DNA from: Azolla caroliniana
Lineage: Eukaryota; Plantae; Polypodiophyta
Assembly (NCBI GenBank): GCA_043228905.1
Contig: JBHGNT010001212.1
Coordinates: 1 to 10,936, forward strand
Direction of reading: 5' to 3'
DNA: 10,936 nucleotides
Below, one piece after another: positions 8,201 to 10,936 of the stretch (position 1 is its first letter; each line of letters begins with the position of its first letter). Both the position numbers and the translations under genes were made by a program. The notes beneath the pieces were generated by a model. It did no database searches. It saw nothing but the letters and a program-made list of their open reading frames with translations, and had not been told where the DNA came from.

Positions 8201-10354
8201 GTCAGCGTTGCCATTAGTTGGAATGTTGTCTATCACTGGTCAATTTATTATGATTTGAAAGGTACCATTATCCTTCTAGCGAGAACAATGTCTAGGACTA
8301 TTCTATTACAGATATAGAGATGACTCTTTTTAGAAATAAGAGGATGCTTACAAATCCACTGGTGTTGAGAACCCTGAGAAACTTTTCTGTGCAAACATTA
8401 GCACTTTTACTAAGGCAGATAAACCGTACAGATGTTAGCCATGGTTCTGAACAGTTTCTGTAGATAGAGTCATTGCTTTATGTCATGCACACGATCTATG
8501 AACCCCCTGAATCATTGCCCAAATGCTCACATCATAGTCAGATCCTTGAAATCATATCTTCCTCACTTCACTGGACTCTCCAAATTGGATCAACCATGGT
8601 GAAGATATCTAAAGAGAATTAATTTTCATTTCCTGTGATCAGGATCAACTCTTGATCTTTGTGTTATAGGATATTGATTAACATGTTACAATGTCTTATT
8701 TTTCTTTTCTAAAAGATTTACTCAGCATAATGTGTTGTGTTCATGTATACCTCATGAATATCTTAGATCCTAGAGTAAATTCAAGTAGATCCAATTAGTG
8801 ATTATGGTAATTCTGTTGTTGTGGAGCTCTGTTCAATTAGATAAAGACGATCACTAGCTTCCCTGCTGAATATATACATTTATAAAGGCCGAGAGTCATG
8901 TGCATACAAATGTTCCCCTACTAGTTCATCTGCCTTGTGCCTTGATTATAATAGCTCTGAATCACATAATGCTGATCAAGAGATAAGCTGGTTTAGAGTT
9001 GTAATAAAATAAATCCAGGATGGTCGATGGCTATCATTGAATATTTGATTATGTAGTGAAGCTTGTAGTGAAGCATTACGTAGAAATCTATCCAATTTGA
9101 ACATTGTTTTGAAAAACTTCCAGTACTGTTATATAACTGAAATATTATAATAGCTCTGAATCACATAATGCTGATCAAGAGAAGATGGTTTAGAGTTGTA
9201 ATAAAATAGATACGGGATGGTCGATGGCTGTTATTGAATATTTGATTATGTAGTGAAGCTTGTAGTGAAGCATTACGTAGAAATCTATCCAATTTGAACA
9301 TTGTTTTGAAAACTTCCAGTACTGTTATATAACTGAAAAATTGTGATATAAATTCAGGAAAAAATGTCACTAATGTATGTTAAGGGTTCTTGATGTAATG
9401 GATTTTTTTAACTGCCAGTATTTTATGGTAAGGTTCCTTGATATGATGGAATCTTGTATTTAACAAGGTTGTTTTGCTTCCAATGTTTATCTCTAGGGGA
9501 ATGCCATGAAATTTTTTCTTGATGTTAAGAGAAATTTAACTGACAAATGTTTTCTTCTTATATTTCCTATGATTTTCACTAGGAGAAAGCCATGAAATCA
9601 TCTCTTGATGATAAAATTAGAAGGATAGAGGTATTTTGGCTTAACTTTTAAAGTGTTAACAATAATCCTTATATGAAACTATTACTAGGAAGGCATTCAA
9701 CGATCCAGTAATTTCATTTCTACACATTTTTCGTACTACTAAACTCTGTTGTCTGGTTTATAGTGGCTTTGCAATATCTTGGAGACTGTTTTTAATAATT
9801 TGGTTTCTAATATAAATTTTTGTTGAGATGCAGGAGCTCACATTTGACATCAGAAAAATTATAGTTGATGATGATAACGTACAGAATCAATATGAAAACA
9901 ATTTAAGGAGACTTAGAGATGATGCAAAGGTTGTAGAGAAGAAGTATTCAAAGTGCATTTCTAAGGAGGTGACCATGGATTTTGACTGCTTTACTGTAAA
10001 AGTTGATGGTTATATCGCCCGAGCTACAATGTTTATATCATTCTTATTTTTAGGCAGAAAAAAATGCTAGGTTAATGAAGTGTTTAGAGTCTACAGAATC
10101 CAGATTGCATGACTTCGAGACAACAATGGCAGAAAGATTGCACAGATTTTCCAGAAAAGTAATACAATGATGATTATTGTTTGTTATTCTGGAACTAAGT
10201 CTGTCAATTAACCTTCAACACTTGGTGTAACTTTATGCAGGTGCAATCCATGGAGCAAGAGTTGCTGGAATTGAAAGCATTTGAATCGAAAAGTAATCAA
10301 AAAATTGAAAACCATTATTCAGAGTTGATACAATTGCATGAGATTCACTTAAAA
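2162..10354 (+). CDS. CCDC57: CCDC57-like coiled-coil (centriole/basal body) protein, partial, multi-exon: join(2162..2230,3039..3110,3244..3321,3475..3540,6619..6691,7415..7518,9583..9630,9834..9968,10054..10158,10241..10354)
   Basis: Seen: ten exons, each flanked by AG and GT, join in compatible phases into 864 nt / 288 aa with no stop, and the product is E/K/Q/L-rich and heptad-like. Knowledge (recalled human sequence, no search run): LQEDFKYNLALLDDRDVELEQY vs CCDC57 LQEDFVYNLQVLEERDLELERY is 15/22 identical, and QLALYQEKAMKSSLDDKIRRIE resembles ELALQRQELLLEFESKMRKRE at roughly the expected spacing. Start and stop codons are not identified. Confidence 0.82.
2645..2655 (+). promoter_or_regulatory. 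Consensus TATA box inside an intron, probably transposon-derived
   Basis: CCTATAAATAG followed by a C/T-rich tract (ccccctcctcactatctcattc), a context typical of plant core promoters and LTR U3/R regions. Activity is unknown. Confidence 0.35.
3039..3110 (+). CDS. CCDC57: CCDC57-like exon (YNLALLDDRDVELEQYESLFEMIE), 72 nt, phase 0/0
   Basis: Acceptor ctactgcag|TAC, donor GAG|gtatat. It is the core of the supplied ORF 2994..3182 and carries the YNL..L..RD.ELE.Y motif. Confidence 0.9.
3244..3321 (+). CDS. CCDC57: CCDC57-like exon (VSLKEKDSALEDLRNSMSKSETNYLK), 78 nt, phase 0/0
   Basis: Acceptor tttatttaaccag|GTC, donor AAG|gtagca. Preceded by a 133-nt intron; open, coiled-coil-like frame. Confidence 0.85.
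3475..3540 (+). CDS. CCDC57: CCDC57-like exon (EKEELTNCQKSMLQQIQCLQLE), 66 nt, phase 0/0
   Basis: Acceptor tttgttctatag|GAA, donor GAG|gtgtgt. Preceded by a 153-nt intron; open frame. Confidence 0.82.
3754..4420 (+). mobile_element. Probable solo LTR in the 3078-nt intron; left boundary uncertain (3754 or 3957)
   Basis: Right end ...atttctAACA|AGGAT (4421-4425). The 5-mer AGGAT also precedes 3754 (tttttgatata, 8/11 match to the inverted right end tgttagaaata) and 3957 (TG start). There is an internal tandem duplication and no coding potential. Confidence 0.45.
4066..4129. repeat. Tandem duplication, 31 bp x2 (period 33)
   Basis: agttgggtcatattaagtgacaagtcagttg (4066-4096) vs agttgggtcatattaaatgacaagtcagttg (4099-4129), 30/31 identical. 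Confidence 0.95.
5132..5243. repeat. Tandem duplication, 56 bp x2
   Basis: gcaatgtccatgt(t/c)tctgccatttgattgcctg(t/a)catgcatctataaaaaatgatc at 5132-5187 and 5188-5243, 54/56 identical. Confidence 0.97.
5214..5512. repeat. Older degenerate duplication, period about 188 bp
   Basis: ttgcctgacatgcatctataaaaaatgatccctcatctctttgcattcttgtgt (from 5214) vs ttgcttaacatgcattcataaaaacaatacctcgtctctttgcatttttgtgt (from 5402). Similarity decays further downstream. Confidence 0.7.
6619..6691 (+). CDS. CCDC57: CCDC57-like exon (LEKLQVENDAKFKKQAQSFELRKE + 1 nt), 73 nt, phase 0/1
   Basis: Acceptor gttttcag|TTG, donor AAG|gtgaaa. It supplies the phase 0 to phase 1 switch required by the exon at 7415. Confidence 0.8.
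7415..7518 (+). CDS. CCDC57: CCDC57-like exon (EMKCEVLEKEKQVRQLKKFEEEHVQNLEKQLALYQ), 104 nt, phase 1/0
   Basis: Acceptor cttgtttcag|AA, donor CAG|gtttgc. Purine-rich, coiled-coil-coding. An alternative in-frame acceptor would start the exon at 7397. Confidence 0.82.
8945..9338. repeat. Head-to-tail tandem duplication, about 199 bp x2
   Basis: 8945-9142 vs 9144-9338 differ by 6 substitutions and 2 small indels by manual count. Each copy contains an internal tgtagtgaagc doublet. Confidence 0.98.
9376..9464. repeat. Degenerate direct duplication, period 48 bp
   Basis: tatgttaagggttcttgatgtaatggattttttt-aac (from 9376) vs tatggtaaggttccttgatatgatggaatcttgtatttaac (from 9424). Confidence 0.65.
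9583..9630 (+). CDS. CCDC57: CCDC57-like exon (EKAMKSSLDDKIRRIE), 48 nt, phase 0/0
   Basis: Long pyrimidine tract then ttttcactag|GAG; donor GAG|gtattt. Confidence 0.82.
9834..9968 (+). CDS. CCDC57: CCDC57-like exon (ELTFDIRKIIVDDDNVQNQYENNLRRLRDDAKVVEKKYSKCISKE), 135 nt, phase 0/0
   Basis: Acceptor atgcag|GAG, donor GAG|gtgacc. It is the core of the supplied ORF 9828..10070 and is followed by an 85-nt intron. An alternative in-frame donor AAG|gttgta lies after 9929. Confidence 0.8.
10054..10158 (+). CDS. CCDC57: CCDC57-like exon (AEKNARLMKCLESTESRLHDFETTMAERLHRFSRK), 105 nt, phase 0/0
   Basis: Acceptor ttcttatttttag|GCA, donor AAA|gtaata. Open frame, followed by an 82-nt intron. Confidence 0.8.
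10241..10354 (+). CDS. CCDC57: CCDC57-like exon (VQSMEQELLELKAFESKSNQKIENHYSELIQLHEIHLK), 114 nt, phase 0/0
   Basis: Acceptor ctttatgcag|GTG, donor AAA|gtatga. If this donor were not used, the frame would end at GTA TGA two codons later. Confidence 0.82.
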
Positions 10355-10936
10355 GTATGATAAAAGTAAAGCTATAATCATACCATTATATTAAGACGTG
10401 TAAAAGCTGTTATTCAGTTCTATTTTTATTCTTATTGTTATTAAAAAGGCTACATAGTAGTTCAGCAGTCAAATGTTTTCTGTATGTTTTTTATAAGTCT
10501 TATCAACAAGGTGAATTAGATGATCTACCTTTTATGGGATTTTATATAACTAGTATAGAAACTCGAAAAATATATACCAGACGCTGAATTACTCATTTGG
10601 TAAACTTGAGGTATACACCAAATAAGTACTTAACATGATTCAAAGGATAATCCTTTATTTTTGTAGTAGGTTACTGGTGGGAAAAATTACCTACACATAG
10701 CTTATATACCAGGAGACCAAAATTTTCGATATGTTTTGTGACTATTTGTGATAGATATGCCATCGATGTCAATGCCCTACAGTAATCTGTTGCAAGAACT
10801 TACTTGAAATTCACAGTATGGAGCAACCCAGAGAAATCACTCCTGAAATGAGTATAATTTAGGCTGTTGAGCACAATGTGTTCTTCTGTCTTCACCTTAT
10901 TTGTGTTTCATAGTGTACCCAATCTTTCCTTTACAT

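Noticed and set aside
8280-8640. Possible minus-strand transposase or pseudogene fragment (MVDPIWRV / WLIQFGE in different frames)
   Set aside because: The frame I translated in full has several stops, the other stops within a few codons, and I could not match any motif with confidence.
3013-9370. ORFs 3013..3228, 3341..3556, 4933..5172, 5519..5797, 6398..6637, 6891..7118 and 9161..9370
   Set aside because: They are antisense shadows of exons or chance frames in introns and repeats, with no recognisable domains.
1-10936. tRNA, rRNA, snoRNA or prokaryotic operon/defence system
   Set aside because: No cloverleaf, rRNA-like conserved blocks or dense long ORFs were seen. An intronic snoRNA cannot be fully excluded without an Infernal/Rfam scan.

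Overview
AT-rich, CpG-poor eukaryotic genomic DNA with plant-like splice sites. None of the supplied single-exon ORFs is a real gene as given. The window is dominated by one intron-rich + strand gene: ten GT-AG-bounded exons between 2162 and 10354 splice into an uninterrupted 864-nt (288-aa) coiled-coil reading frame. Its N-terminal motif LQEDFK|YNLALLDDRDVELEQY closely resembles the centriolar protein CCDC57 (human LQEDFVYNLQVLEERDLELERY, recalled from memory). The start codon is unresolved and no stop is reached, so the gene continues past the window. If the host is a plant, a centriole gene suggests a lineage with flagellated sperm. The introns hold many local tandem duplications of different ages, a probable solo LTR and weaker transposon relics. 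I found no CRISPR array, RNA gene or prokaryote-type system.
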